Virus record (IMG/VR): IMGVR_UViG_3300037482_000423
Coordinates: 1-49,388 of that record
Reading direction: 5' to 3' (one strand)
Length of the DNA stretch: 49,388 nt
From: a virus
Lineage: Duplodnaviria > Caudoviricetes
In this document: in pieces, positions 9,979-18,859 of the stretch
Layout of the letters: every line of letters starts with the position of its first letter
How positions within the stretch are numbered: the stretch's first letter is position 1
Translations under genes and position numbers: made by a program
Notes under the pieces: generated by a model
Told to the model about the DNA's origin: nothing
What the model saw: only the letters and a program-made list of their open reading frames with translations
Databases searched by the model: none

Positions 9979-10290
9979 TTAGCTTTCATCTTCCACCTCG
10001 CGGCGGAGCCTGTCCAACTCGTGCTCGGAGTCCTCTTTTTCGTGCATCGGGGTAATGCTCTTGATCTCCAACTCCGCGCTGAAGGAGACTTCCTTATCAT
10101 CCCCGGAAACCGTTTTGGTGAAGCGCTGGATGCAATAGCGAACCATCGCCTTCCCCTCGTTCGGCAACCCCTCAAGGTCAACGTCGTTGACGTATAGCGT
10201 GGGGTAATGCTTTCTCTTCGTATCTTCCTTCACCCCCACCGGCTCCGGATAAAGACCACCTGACTCAACTCCTAGCTCGATAGTTTTCAT
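9979..10290 (-). CDS. Hypothetical acidic protein
   Basis: 103 aa ORF tightly packed between its neighbours on the coding strand. Confidence 0.6.
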   Translation of the reverse strand: MKTIELGVESGGLYPEPVGVKEDTKRKHYPTLYVNDVDLEGLPNEGKAMVRYCIQRFTKTVSGDDKEVSFSAELEIKSITPMHEKEDSEHELDRLRREVEDES

Positions 10291-10294
10291 AATT

Positions 10295-10966
10295 TTATGA
10301 CACCTTCACCACATTAAAATCGCTGAACTCCAGACCCCTCAGGGCCTGATCCCAAAATATACACCCCGCCGTTAAATTGCCGTCGGTGCCCTCGTCAACC
10401 GCGATAGTCTGAGCAAGGCTAAGCGAGTAACCCGCAAATCCCATGACTGGCAACTCCATGACCCCCTTGAAGTCCGCCAGCGAAGTATCGCCAGTCGTCA
10501 GGGACGACGGGCGCAGCGTGCGTAAACTGAAATTCGGAGATCCCTTGGTTATCTCCAGAATGCACATGAATCGTTTCGTGGCCCGGGCGTTGGTCACTAT
10601 CTGGCTCCCCAGGGACGTGCTGTCGGTATCCGTGACACCAACCCGCTTAGTGGCCAGATGGGTCAGCGTTGCCCATCCGTCGTCGGTCCCATTATAATTC
10701 CAGGTGGCCACACTAGTTCGGAATCCAACAAAGTGGTCGGTGGTTGCATCGCCATAAATGTTAGTCGTGCCCGCACACATACCCAGCACGAAACGCGGGG
10801 TGCCCCCGAAAGAGGCACCTGCCGCCCCGTCGGCGCACATGCGAACCCCAACCCGGATAACACTCCAGTCATCGCCCCAACTCGTAAGCCGGGCAATGCG
10901 CCCGTTGGTAATCGCAATCCTCTGATCCGCGCTTCCGATTGTAACCGATGTAATATCTATCGCCAT
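10295..10966 (-). CDS. Hypothetical beta-rich virion protein
   Basis: 223 aa, Thr/Gly/Ser-rich, in the tail-fibre cluster. Confidence 0.55.
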   Translation of the reverse strand: MAIDITSVTIGSADQRIAITNGRIARLTSWGDDWSVIRVGVRMCADGAAGASFGGTPRFVLGMCAGTTNIYGDATTDHFVGFRTSVATWNYNGTDDGWATLTHLATKRVGVTDTDSTSLGSQIVTNARATKRFMCILEITKGSPNFSLRTLRPSSLTTGDTSLADFKGVMELPVMGFAGYSLSLAQTIAVDEGTDGNLTAGCIFWDQALRGLEFSDFNVVKVS

Positions 10967-10976
10967 ACTTGTCTTC

Positions 10977-11258
10977 TCACGTCCGCGTCACCCACGCACC
11001 ACTCCACCCCGTGCCACCGTTGAGAGTCTGGACCGTGGCATCCCCCACAGAATAAGATTCCCAATCCTCCAACCCTTTCTGCGAAAGGTTGTCTGCGGTC
11101 ACCCACGGACCGACCCATCCAATCCCGCCGTTCAAAGTCTGAACAAGAGCGTCGCCGACCGAGTAGGACTCCCAGTCCTCCGTAGGATTCACTGGAGCCG
11201 CCGCACCCCCGCCAGCCGCCGAAACAAAGGCCACATCCCTCAAGCTAAATCGTTGCAT
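10977..11258 (-). CDS. Small virion protein with internal duplication (EDWESYSVGD...LNGG.GW.G.WVT x2)
   Basis: 93 aa from ATG at 11258, which overlaps the upstream stop (TGATG). Contains two near-identical ~30-aa units. Confidence 0.65.
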   Translation of the reverse strand: MQRFSLRDVAFVSAAGGGAAAPVNPTEDWESYSVGDALVQTLNGGIGWVGPWVTADNLSQKGLEDWESYSVGDATVQTLNGGTGWSGAWVTRT

Positions 11259-11914
11259 CAAGGTTCCTCCGAAAAAGCGGCCACGACATCCGCGTCGGCC
11301 GCGCCGTAACAGAGCAATGACAAGACGGACGTCTTGCTGGCCGTCGTGGCGGCCGGCTCCGCGCTGATAAAAGTCCACGCCGGAAAAATGAAGGTGCGCG
11401 CGCTTCCGTCGCTGACGATGCGGACCGAGACCGCCTTGCCGGCACCGAGGTTGGCCGTGGTGAACTCGATGTCGCCGGTTAACGAAACCGTCTTCACGCC
11501 GGGGCCGTCAAAATCAATTTCCACGGAAGCCGCGTAAGCCAGCGTCTCCACGGGAACCCTGACGTTGTTCGCCTGGAGTTGAGCACCGTCCCAGGTGAAG
11601 TCCGCGCTGGCCCCCAGAGCCCCACTATCGTTGAACTGCACCTCAGTGTCCGCGCCAGCAATCGTTGCAGGCGTGCCGGGATTACCCTGCGGACCTTGCG
11701 GTCCCACGTCGCCTTGCGGCCCTTGAGCCCCGGGGTCACCCTGTGCCCCCTGGTCACCTTGAGGACCCTGAGGGCCAGTGTCGCCAGTGTCGCCTCGCAA
11801 AAGGGTCCCATCCACACGGACGGCCTTGAACACGCCCGCGCTGACTGCGATCTCGGCGAGGAGTTGCGTCCCCGTCAAAGTCAATACCTGGTCTAGCTCA
11901 CTGATCGTTGCCAT
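11258..11914 (-). CDS. Collagen-like tail fibre protein
   Basis: Uninterrupted Gly-X-Y run GDTGDTGPQGPQGDQGAQGDPGAQGPQGDVGPQGPQGNPG, then a GADTEVQFNDSGALGASADFTWD fibre module and a beta-rich C-terminus. Confidence 0.8.
   Translation of the reverse strand: MATISELDQVLTLTGTQLLAEIAVSAGVFKAVRVDGTLLRGDTGDTGPQGPQGDQGAQGDPGAQGPQGDVGPQGPQGNPGTPATIAGADTEVQFNDSGALGASADFTWDGAQLQANNVRVPVETLAYAASVEIDFDGPGVKTVSLTGDIEFTTANLGAGKAVSVRIVSDGSARTFIFPAWTFISAEPAATTASKTSVLSLLCYGAADADVVAAFSEEP
11757..11785. repeat. 29-bp direct repeat shared with 13944-13972
   Basis: ccttgaggaccctgagggccagtgtcgcc is identical in two collagen-fibre genes. Confidence 0.85.
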
Positions 11915-12164
11915 AATCCGAGTCGATTGTCAAATATGGAACTGGTTGCCCCGGAGGCGTATAAATCACCTTGCTCCCGTCCACCCACATTTCCAAAATA
12001 TTGGGGTTAGCCTCGTTTGTGACCGCCCCAACCTGAGCCTGCCGCAGTTGCTTGTCATCGGTCTTCAGCTTTGGAACATTCCGCTCCGGGCTGGTCTCTA
12101 CCAAAACAGTAGGTTTGCGATTACGGACGTCCATGGTTTCCACCCCTCCCGCCACCACCTTCAT
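11898..12164 (-). CDS. Hypothetical protein
   Basis: ATG-initiated (MKVVAGGVETMDV...) ORF that fills the gap in the tail cluster; start uncertain. Confidence 0.5.
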   Translation of the reverse strand: MKVVAGGVETMDVRNRKPTVLVETSPERNVPKLKTDDKQLRQAQVGAVTNEANPNILEMWVDGSKVIYTPPGQPVPYLTIDSDYGNDQ

Positions 12165-12474
12165 TAATACTTCTGCTCCGAGAGTCGGCGTCAAGCCTGC
12201 GCTCTGGGTCCATCAACCCCGCCGCGATTAGGATGGTATCCTTGGCCAGCAACAACCGCTCCTGGCCAAGCAAAAACTTTGCAATGCCGGGGGTGATCTT
12301 CAGCGCGGCCCCCGCTGGACCCACCGACCACGACGCAAGCCGCTTGGTGACAGTTCGCGGATCCCGCCGCGTCTCCTCAGTCTGCAGCGTTGCCCAGCGC
12401 GTGTCACTGAAATCCCGGGCATCCTCAGCATTCACTGCCGGCAACCAAAGCGTGGGTTCGAGAATTTCGCCCAT
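12121..12474 (-). CDS. Hypothetical protein
   Basis: 117 aa, start coupled to the upstream stop (TGATG). Confidence 0.55.
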   Translation of the reverse strand: MGEILEPTLWLPAVNAEDARDFSDTRWATLQTEETRRDPRTVTKRLASWSVGPAGAALKITPGIAKFLLGQERLLLAKDTILIAAGLMDPERRLDADSRSRSINEGGGGRGGNHGRP

Positions 12475-13304
12475 CAGTAAGCCCGGTAGTAAGCGTTAAG
12501 GTTGGCCATCAGAGCCGACAAATCCAAATCTGACAAAGCAGCGTTGTAGACAAGCAACTCGAAAAAATTAAATGACGTGTTATTGGCACCCGCCTCATTT
12601 GCTCCCAGGGTGATACCCTCGGGGGTGTTGGCCCCCGCCACAAGCCCGATATCCTCTGCGGACCCATCAACCCTTATAGTGGTGCTGGACCCATCAACCC
12701 GGACCCCGACAATATGAGTTGAGCCCGTTGACACCCCCACAGATCCGTTAACCGAAAACCCAGCGTCAACAAAGGGTAACGTCCCCGAGGAAGACTGCCC
12801 AAAGTCATGGCCGGAACTTGTGGATCCCCCGCCGACAAGCACCCCATTAGCCTGGTGGGAAAGCGGCTTGAATGCCATAACCAAAGTTGTGGGCTGCGCC
12901 ATGGCCGCGTCATCATGCCGCATGTCGTGGGTGGAAAATTGAACAAACGGAAGCTTGGTGACGCTATCCCGGAAAACCAACCCGTCCACAAACTGCGGCT
13001 GATCCCCCGCCGTGGCCTGGACCAAGTCCCGGACGTTCCCCGTCTGATCGTAAAGTATGGCCACCCAGGAATCGGTCCCCGCCGAAAAAATATTGGCGGC
13101 CGCGCGGTCCATCACACCTCCGCCAGCCTGCCCGACGTCCAACTCAGCATTATCCGAATCCCTCCTAATCCGAAGCAGGTTGCCAGTGTGCGCTCCACGT
13201 AATCGCCTCGCCACCGATACCGCCAGGTAAGGCGTGGCGGCCACCACGTCCAGCGGTCTCGGGATGGCAAGGCGACTGTTAATCTGGATCAGCCGGTTCG
13301 ACAT
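12474..13304 (-). CDS. Concanavalin/LamG-like (arabinofuranosidase-B-like) carbohydrate-binding tail protein
   Basis: AVSVARRLRGAHTGNLLRIRRDSDNAELDVG...LYDQTGNVRDLVQAT..DQP and a C-terminal ELLVYNAALSD...NLNAYY pattern. Confidence 0.65.
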   Translation of the reverse strand: MSNRLIQINSRLAIPRPLDVVAATPYLAVSVARRLRGAHTGNLLRIRRDSDNAELDVGQAGGGVMDRAAANIFSAGTDSWVAILYDQTGNVRDLVQATAGDQPQFVDGLVFRDSVTKLPFVQFSTHDMRHDDAAMAQPTTLVMAFKPLSHQANGVLVGGGSTSSGHDFGQSSSGTLPFVDAGFSVNGSVGVSTGSTHIVGVRVDGSSTTIRVDGSAEDIGLVAGANTPEGITLGANEAGANNTSFNFFELLVYNAALSDLDLSALMANLNAYYRAY

Positions 13305-14569
13305 TACGCAGGAGTCCCAATCAGAGTGACGACGAGCCCTTCCGCGTTGTTGCCCGCGCCGTCGATGTCAATAGTGATGATGTCATCGTCCGCGATTGCG
13401 GAATCCGAAATAACGGCGGGAACCGCCGCTGCCTCGCTAGTCGTAGTCGAAACATCAATCGTCAAAAGGGTGCTGAGAACAGAGCCGCCGTTTTTGTTGA
13501 TGTCAATGGTGATACCCCCGCTGGAACTGGCCACGAAAACCGAGGCGCGGACCGCCGTCAAAGTGAAGCCAACTGGAGCCCGGAAATAAGCCTGGTCCGT
13601 GCCTGCGGCCAGGATGTCCGCGATGCCCGTCACAGGCACCTGGATGGCAAGGGAATCCTCGCCCACCGGCCCGCGCTCGCCCGAGGGGGTAACCAGCTTT
13701 CCCGACCCGATGGCAACCGCTGGGGCCGTGTTAATCGGGCTGGGAAACAAGTTGAGGAGCGTGAGAGAGTTGGCGGTCTTGCCGGTAACCTCGTAGGTGC
13801 CGCCGTCCGCCACAAAAACGTTGGACCCGATTGCGAACGTCTCCGTCTGACCCACAAAAACAACCACCGTTGCGCCAACCGACGGCTGCACATAACCCGC
13901 CGTAACCGACGTGAACGCACTCGTCCCGGTGGAACCTTGGACGCCTTGAGGACCCTGAGGGCCAGTGTCGCCCGTGTCACCCTTGGCCGCCGCCGACCCA
14001 GCAAGGCCCTGTGGACCCGCGATAGTGACAAGAGATCCAGCCGGGTAGGTAGCCCCAATGGTCCCTGTGACCGCGATCATGGTCAAAGACAATGTGTCCC
14101 CAGTGACCAGCTTCACCTCCGCGTAGCCCGCCCCATTAATAAACACCGTCTGACCCACCGAAAAAGCCGGGTTGGCGAATACCTGGATCTCGAAATTCTC
14201 CCCCGCCGACGGCACCGTGTGGACGCACAGCGTCACCGTGAAAGCATTGTGCCCGTCCGCCCCATCGTCTCCTGTGCTGCCCTTCGGCCCCGTGGAACCG
14301 ATAATGCCGTCCCCGAAAAGTCGGAGGAAGTAGCAAGCGAGCCCTTCGTCCGCGCCGCGCGGATTGTTTTCCAGGCCCGCCTCCAAGTCACACGGCAGCG
14401 TCCATACAACGCGGCCGTTGACAACGGTCCGCGTGACTGAGCCGAAAAACTGCAGGATGAAGTTTTCCAATGCGGAGGGCAGGGTCTCGCACGACGCCGA
14501 CTCCGCCGGGCAAGCCGGCGTGCAGGGGTTGCAATCCGGACAACTCGAATTATTACAGGAACAGCTCAT
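13304..14569 (-). CDS. Collagen-like tail fibre with Cys-rich N-terminus and duplicated beta domains
   Basis: Start MSCSCNNSSCPDCNPC (ATGA overlap with the holin stop). Two Gly-X-Y segments are each followed by a related AFT...PS.G...F..G..VF....G.Y domain. Confidence 0.7.
   Translation of the reverse strand: MSCSCNNSSCPDCNPCTPACPAESASCETLPSALENFILQFFGSVTRTVVNGRVVWTLPCDLEAGLENNPRGADEGLACYFLRLFGDGIIGSTGPKGSTGDDGADGHNAFTVTLCVHTVPSAGENFEIQVFANPAFSVGQTVFINGAGYAEVKLVTGDTLSLTMIAVTGTIGATYPAGSLVTIAGPQGLAGSAAAKGDTGDTGPQGPQGVQGSTGTSAFTSVTAGYVQPSVGATVVVFVGQTETFAIGSNVFVADGGTYEVTGKTANSLTLLNLFPSPINTAPAVAIGSGKLVTPSGERGPVGEDSLAIQVPVTGIADILAAGTDQAYFRAPVGFTLTAVRASVFVASSSGGITIDINKNGGSVLSTLLTIDVSTTTSEAAAVPAVISDSAIADDDIITIDIDGAGNNAEGLVVTLIGTPA
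13944..13972. repeat. 29-bp direct repeat shared with 11757-11785
   Basis: Identical sequence, encoding the same GDTGPQGPQG frame. Confidence 0.85.
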
Positions 14570-14751
14570 TCGTCTTTCTTGTTGCGCCACAACTTCCAAA
14601 CCTTGGTGGCAATGTAAATAATGGTGACCACCGCGACTCCAATCTGGGCCAGAATCAGGACATACCCCGATGCATTCGATGCCGCCACCGATTGGACCAT
14701 GGCCATCAACCCGTTAACCCCCACCGCCGCGCCTACCTTGAATTGTTCCAT
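14566..14751 (-). CDS. Putative holin-like small membrane protein
   Basis: 61 aa, one strong and one weaker hydrophobic helix, basic C-tail (KVWKLWRNKKDE). Confidence 0.5.
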   Translation of the reverse strand: MEQFKVGAAVGVNGLMAMVQSVAASNASGYVLILAQIGVAVVTIIYIATKVWKLWRNKKDE

Positions 14752-16152
14752 TTAAAACCCTTTCAAAACCAAAACCCCTTTTAGAAAATCCATTGCCACC
14801 GCACGCCCCGCGTCGTTCAAATGCAAGGTATCCTCGCGAAGTGTGGAAGGCGGAATGTCTTCCGCGTGGTTCAGCACATCCGTTGGATCTCCCGGATCAA
14901 ACTGGCTGACAATATAACTTCGAAGGTCCACGTAATTGTCCGGATACGCCGCCTCTAGCATGGCATTAAGCGCCATAATCGCGTTGTAGTTGGCCGTGCC
15001 AACCCCTTCCGAGGAGTTATTGAAAATGCTTACCACCAGAAATCTCTTTGGATTTGTGGTAAGGTTCGAGACCATTTCCGCGATATCCGCAAGCACTGTG
15101 GAGGGGTCCCCAAAGTTGATCCGGCCCGACCATACGACATTTGTCCATCCGTGCGTCTCGGGATCCGCAAGAAACCGCGTCTTAATCTGGGTGGACGTTT
15201 CCCCGCCGACGCCCGCCCCAACAACATTGCGGGTATGGTTAAAAGCCTCATAAAGGAAAAGTGCCGTGGCGGGGATCGAAAAGGAATCCCCCCACATAAT
15301 CACAGGATTCCCCGTGTTCACATTCTCCCGCCCCAAGGCCGTCATCAAATTACCCACTCGACGCCACAGCGCGCGCGACTCGGTGCGATCCAAGGACTCC
15401 CCCATGGCGTAGACAAAAATACGGGCCGTGCTGGGAAGTTGCGGGGCTCCACCGGCCGTCCTGCGCCCCCATACCGAAAACTCCCGGTTTACAAAAGCAG
15501 TAGGTTCAGAAACCGCTACGGCGCTGCTAACTTCCCGCTCGCCGTTCCACAGAACTTCAAAAAGCGACAACCCCGTGGACGCTGCCCCAAAAAATCCCCC
15601 AAAATCCCGAAGCACCGAAAAGAACACTTCCCGGGGAGTCGCCTGGTTGGTGGCCTGTGCAGCGCCCCGAGGAAACGCGCCCGGGCGTATGGCCGCCATT
15701 TCATAGACGGGTCCCCCCGTCTCAAAGGTTCCCATGAGGTAAGCCGTGCTACTGACCGTCTCCAGTTCATCCGCCCAGCACCAAAGCGATAAATCGCTGA
15801 CCGGAAACGCGCGCGGGCGCACCCCCGGCAACAAATACTTTGCTCCGTTGCCTTTGATGCCCGTGGTTTCGGAATAGTCGCCCTCGACAAATCCCTTGTT
15901 TACGTCCGACGAATACCCAACCGTTGAAATGATGGGAGTCAACGCCGCCGCCAGCAATTGCCCCGAAAAAGTATTGAGGCGTCGGATTTTGCCAAGCACC
16001 CCATCCGATTCCAGCCCCCGTATGAAAACGTCATGCGCCGCGATTGACGCATCCGACACCGAGGACCCCGCCAGTTCAACGCGGAAGACCCAATCACGGG
16101 TTACCGCGTGAAGCGCGCGCCGCAAGCTAAAAGTTCGAACTGGAAAGGGCAT
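14752..16152 (-). CDS. Tail spike-like protein with C-terminal SGNH/GDSL esterase domain
   Basis: SGNH blocks: WGDSFS, GVGGETS, GRIN, DTLHLN. The N-terminal region is beta-rich and LamG-like. Confidence 0.75.
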   Translation of the reverse strand: MPFPVRTFSLRRALHAVTRDWVFRVELAGSSVSDASIAAHDVFIRGLESDGVLGKIRRLNTFSGQLLAAALTPIISTVGYSSDVNKGFVEGDYSETTGIKGNGAKYLLPGVRPRAFPVSDLSLWCWADELETVSSTAYLMGTFETGGPVYEMAAIRPGAFPRGAAQATNQATPREVFFSVLRDFGGFFGAASTGLSLFEVLWNGEREVSSAVAVSEPTAFVNREFSVWGRRTAGGAPQLPSTARIFVYAMGESLDRTESRALWRRVGNLMTALGRENVNTGNPVIMWGDSFSIPATALFLYEAFNHTRNVVGAGVGGETSTQIKTRFLADPETHGWTNVVWSGRINFGDPSTVLADIAEMVSNLTTNPKRFLVVSIFNNSSEGVGTANYNAIMALNAMLEAAYPDNYVDLRSYIVSQFDPGDPTDVLNHAEDIPPSTLREDTLHLNDAGRAVAMDFLKGVLVLKGF

Positions 16153-16153
16153 C

Positions 16154-16615
16154 CTAAATAAAAATGGCCGTCACAAAAATGTCGGTGGAGCCCGCCGTCA
16201 ACGTGGTGGCCGTGGTTGAATTGGCCACGACAATCCCAACATCCAAATCCAAACCGGTGTCCGGAAGGGGAATGGCAAAGTTGCTCGACGCGGGAACCGT
16301 TTGAGTCAGCACGGGGACCGACCCATTGGCTGGGGCGCTCGCCGCATTGTGTATCTGTATCCACTGGGCGGACACCTTCGAGTTATACCCCACAACATAG
16401 AGAAGCTTGCCGGGGGCGGATTTGACCAGCCGGCTCGCCTCGTTGGCCTCTGAATGGGACAGGCTGGCATCCGCTGGCCAAGCCGTAACGGAATCAATCC
16501 CTTTATCCAGGGATCCCTGTAAGATAGGCAGCCCGTTGCCCCCGCCGATCAAAGTGTTTAGGATCTTCCGAAGAATGTCGTTGCTGGTGTCCGCTGTTCT
16601 GTAAGAATTGCTCAT
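16154..16615 (-). CDS. Probable capsid decoration/minor virion protein
   Basis: 153 aa directly after the capsid gene. Beta-sandwich-like pattern VKSAPGKLLYVVGYN...WIQIHN...PANGSVP. Confidence 0.5.
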   Translation of the reverse strand: MSNSYRTADTSNDILRKILNTLIGGGNGLPILQGSLDKGIDSVTAWPADASLSHSEANEASRLVKSAPGKLLYVVGYNSKVSAQWIQIHNAASAPANGSVPVLTQTVPASSNFAIPLPDTGLDLDVGIVVANSTTATTLTAGSTDIFVTAIFI

Positions 16616-16620
16616 AGTAG

Positions 16621-16658
16621 TAATAAGGCCGCTTGCACCCGTTAGAATGCAAGCGGCC
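16621..16658 (-). terminator. Stem-loop after major capsid gene
   Basis: Perfect 11-bp arms ggccgcttgca (16627-16637) / tgcaagcggcc (16648-16658), followed by TTATTA on the minus strand. The weak U-tract suggests a leaky terminator. Confidence 0.7.
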
Positions 16659-16684
16659 GGTGAATGTCAAAGCTGCCGCTTAAC

Positions 16685-17968
16685 TTAGAGTTGGCAACCG
16701 ACCCCAACCTGGACGTCCGCGCCAGAGAAGCTAGTCAGGGACTCCGGATCACAGGCCACGAGACCGAGATCGTTCGGGCACTTCTTGTAAAGAATGGCCA
16801 CGATGTGCTGAGGCCGCAACGGCTGGTAGGCCCGGGTGATCTGGTATTTGTGCCAGCCAAAATCCCCGTAAACGTTGCAGTCGTTGTCCAACTGGTAGTG
16901 CCATTCGAGCTCACCCATGTGCAGTTGCGGAGCGAAGCGGAAGCTTCCCTCCCCGACATACCGCTCGGGCACGAGCCGCTTGAACGAGCCTTCCGCGATC
17001 AAGAAGCCAACCTCATAGAGGGCAGCAAGCCAGGTCGGACTCGCTTTGGCGTAGGCGCGGTTGTTGACCGCGTCCGTGACCACCACGACGGGGTCAATGA
17101 GGGCCAGCGTGCCGTCGGCGTTGAACCCGGACGCCCGCAAGGGACGCTGGTCGGTGCCGAAAGCGATCCCACGGTAGGCCGGGGAACTCTCAAAGGAGAA
17201 CGCGGACAACGCCACCTCGCCCAACTTGAATGAGCCGGTGGTGAGCGCGATCAAAACATTCTCCACCCCGATCTCCGCGCGAAAACTCTCGATGATGTCG
17301 GAACTGCCGATGAAACGGAAATGCGACTGGACCTTGCCCCCGGCGGGAAACATATCCGCGAACAGCGCGTCCTTCAGATAACGCGCAATAACATGCAGCG
17401 CCTTGAAGGTGATCTGGCCGGTGGGGAGAAGCGTGCCGTTTCCGGCAAAAATGACGCCCACATCGGTCTCGGAACCCCCCGTGAACAACGATTGGAAATC
17501 CAGGCCGGCGACAGCGTTGAACTTGGACGCGGACCGCAAATAAAGCTGCGCCCGGATGTCAGAATTCACGTATTGGACGATCAGCTTTTTCAAGCTGTCC
17601 TCGGCCATCACGTAGGAACCCCGAAAGGCGGAATAGCCTTTCTTGACGCAAATCCGGGGACCGAATCCCCGCTTGCTCTCAAGCCGAATTTCAAACTCCG
17701 TAGTCCCGGTCAGATCCTGGAGACCCTGGGTCCCGCAGATGTCGAGATCACAAACGAAGGTCGGCACGGCGAGCGAATCGCCAGGCGCAGCCTGCTGTTG
17801 GACGACGGTTTTTTGAGTATCGGCGACACCAGAGGCAAAAACGCCTCCGGACAAAACATTCATGAAAGGCGAGTTGGCGGCCAGCGCTTTAGCGATGGAC
17901 CCCACAAGCCTGTTGGTATCTTTGGACGCGATTTCTGACAGCGCGGCCGGCGTGATGCAATCTCCCAT
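16685..17968 (-). CDS. Probable major capsid protein
   Basis: 427 aa with an SD-like GGAAAGGA, an upstream promoter candidate and a downstream hairpin. Lies downstream of portal and scaffold. Confidence 0.75.
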   Translation of the reverse strand: MGDCITPAALSEIASKDTNRLVGSIAKALAANSPFMNVLSGGVFASGVADTQKTVVQQQAAPGDSLAVPTFVCDLDICGTQGLQDLTGTTEFEIRLESKRGFGPRICVKKGYSAFRGSYVMAEDSLKKLIVQYVNSDIRAQLYLRSASKFNAVAGLDFQSLFTGGSETDVGVIFAGNGTLLPTGQITFKALHVIARYLKDALFADMFPAGGKVQSHFRFIGSSDIIESFRAEIGVENVLIALTTGSFKLGEVALSAFSFESSPAYRGIAFGTDQRPLRASGFNADGTLALIDPVVVVTDAVNNRAYAKASPTWLAALYEVGFLIAEGSFKRLVPERYVGEGSFRFAPQLHMGELEWHYQLDNDCNVYGDFGWHKYQITRAYQPLRPQHIVAILYKKCPNDLGLVACDPESLTSFSGADVQVGVGCQL

Positions 17969-18094
17969 TGGAAATCCTTTCCTGCGAACTTGGGCAATCC
18001 TGCCCGGTTATGAGTTTGTTCATCCCGACGGCCAGCGGGGAATAGGCCATTCCTGGTCTGAGCAAGACCCGGCAAAAGTTTTTAGCTCTGGAAA

Positions 18095-18131
18095 AGGATG
18101 CCGTAATCCTGACTGACGTCAAGATTTTTTT
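18095..18131 (-). promoter_or_regulatory. Candidate promoter for capsid gene
   Basis: Minus strand AAAAAAATC-TTGACG-N16-CATCCT at the end of the upstream GT gene, ~130 nt before the capsid ATG; the -10 match is weak. Confidence 0.4.
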
Positions 18132-18856
18132 ATTGGGGGGACCTGGGGGAGCCAGCGCTGCCGGACAACCCGCTTCAAAGAATCGTTTTTCAGCCCATGG
18201 TGAAACACTAGTCCTGACTGAATCTGATCCTCCAATTCCTTGGCCGTAAACTCCGCCTGCCGGGTCCACTCGGACCGCATTAACGGGGTGGAATACCAGC
18301 CGGCTTGCTTGAAATGCGGGGCCAAAAGAAAATCCCAGCCGCCCGACGGGGCGCACCCGATAATCTTGTGGGCAATCTTCTTCAGCAGATCCTGGTCCCC
18401 GGAAAGGAACATATTGCCGTTCATGTGCTCGCCCGGGTGCTTGAGTATGTCACCCATAAATTTGACTTTCGCCCGCTGCCAGTCAGCCCAAAGCATTTCA
18501 AGCCAACCCGGGCGCAACGGGCAGCAATCCGCCTCGAATGTCAGGATAGCCTGATATTGCGGCAGCTTGCGGGCATGGCACAACTCGTAAATCCGGGTCA
18601 CCGTGTCAAAAAACAAAGCATTGCAACCCGCCGGCCAACCCGTCTCCCGCCGCCGGGACTTGTGCGTGTAAACGTCAAACTTCTTTGATACATGCTCCAC
18701 TAGGGAGCCGCTGTGCCCCGAGTCAAAACGGCAGACCAGCATTATGTCAACTTCGGGATTGCGCGTGGATTCAAGATCCGCAATCAGCCGCGCCAACTGC
18801 TCGGCCTCCGCCTTGTCCCCGTCCCAATACTGTAGCGCAAGGAGAAACTTTTTCAT
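18119..18856 (-). CDS. Putative GT-A fold glycosyltransferase
   Basis: Beta-strand + EAD (ILTFEADCCPL, DxD-equivalent) preceded by WPAGCNALF, then HMNGN and WDF motifs seen in phage GT-like proteins. Confidence 0.55.
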   Translation of the reverse strand: MKKFLLALQYWDGDKAEAEQLARLIADLESTRNPEVDIMLVCRFDSGHSGSLVEHVSKKFDVYTHKSRRRETGWPAGCNALFFDTVTRIYELCHARKLPQYQAILTFEADCCPLRPGWLEMLWADWQRAKVKFMGDILKHPGEHMNGNMFLSGDQDLLKKIAHKIIGCAPSGGWDFLLAPHFKQAGWYSTPLMRSEWTRQAEFTAKELEDQIQSGLVFHHGLKNDSLKRVVRQRWLPQVPPIKKS

Positions 18857-18859
18857 GGG

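Noticed and set aside
4104-16152. Diversity-generating retroelement acting on tail fibres
   Set aside because: No reverse transcriptase and no TR/VR pair with adenine-specific mismatches; the repeats found are short intragenic or collagen repeats.
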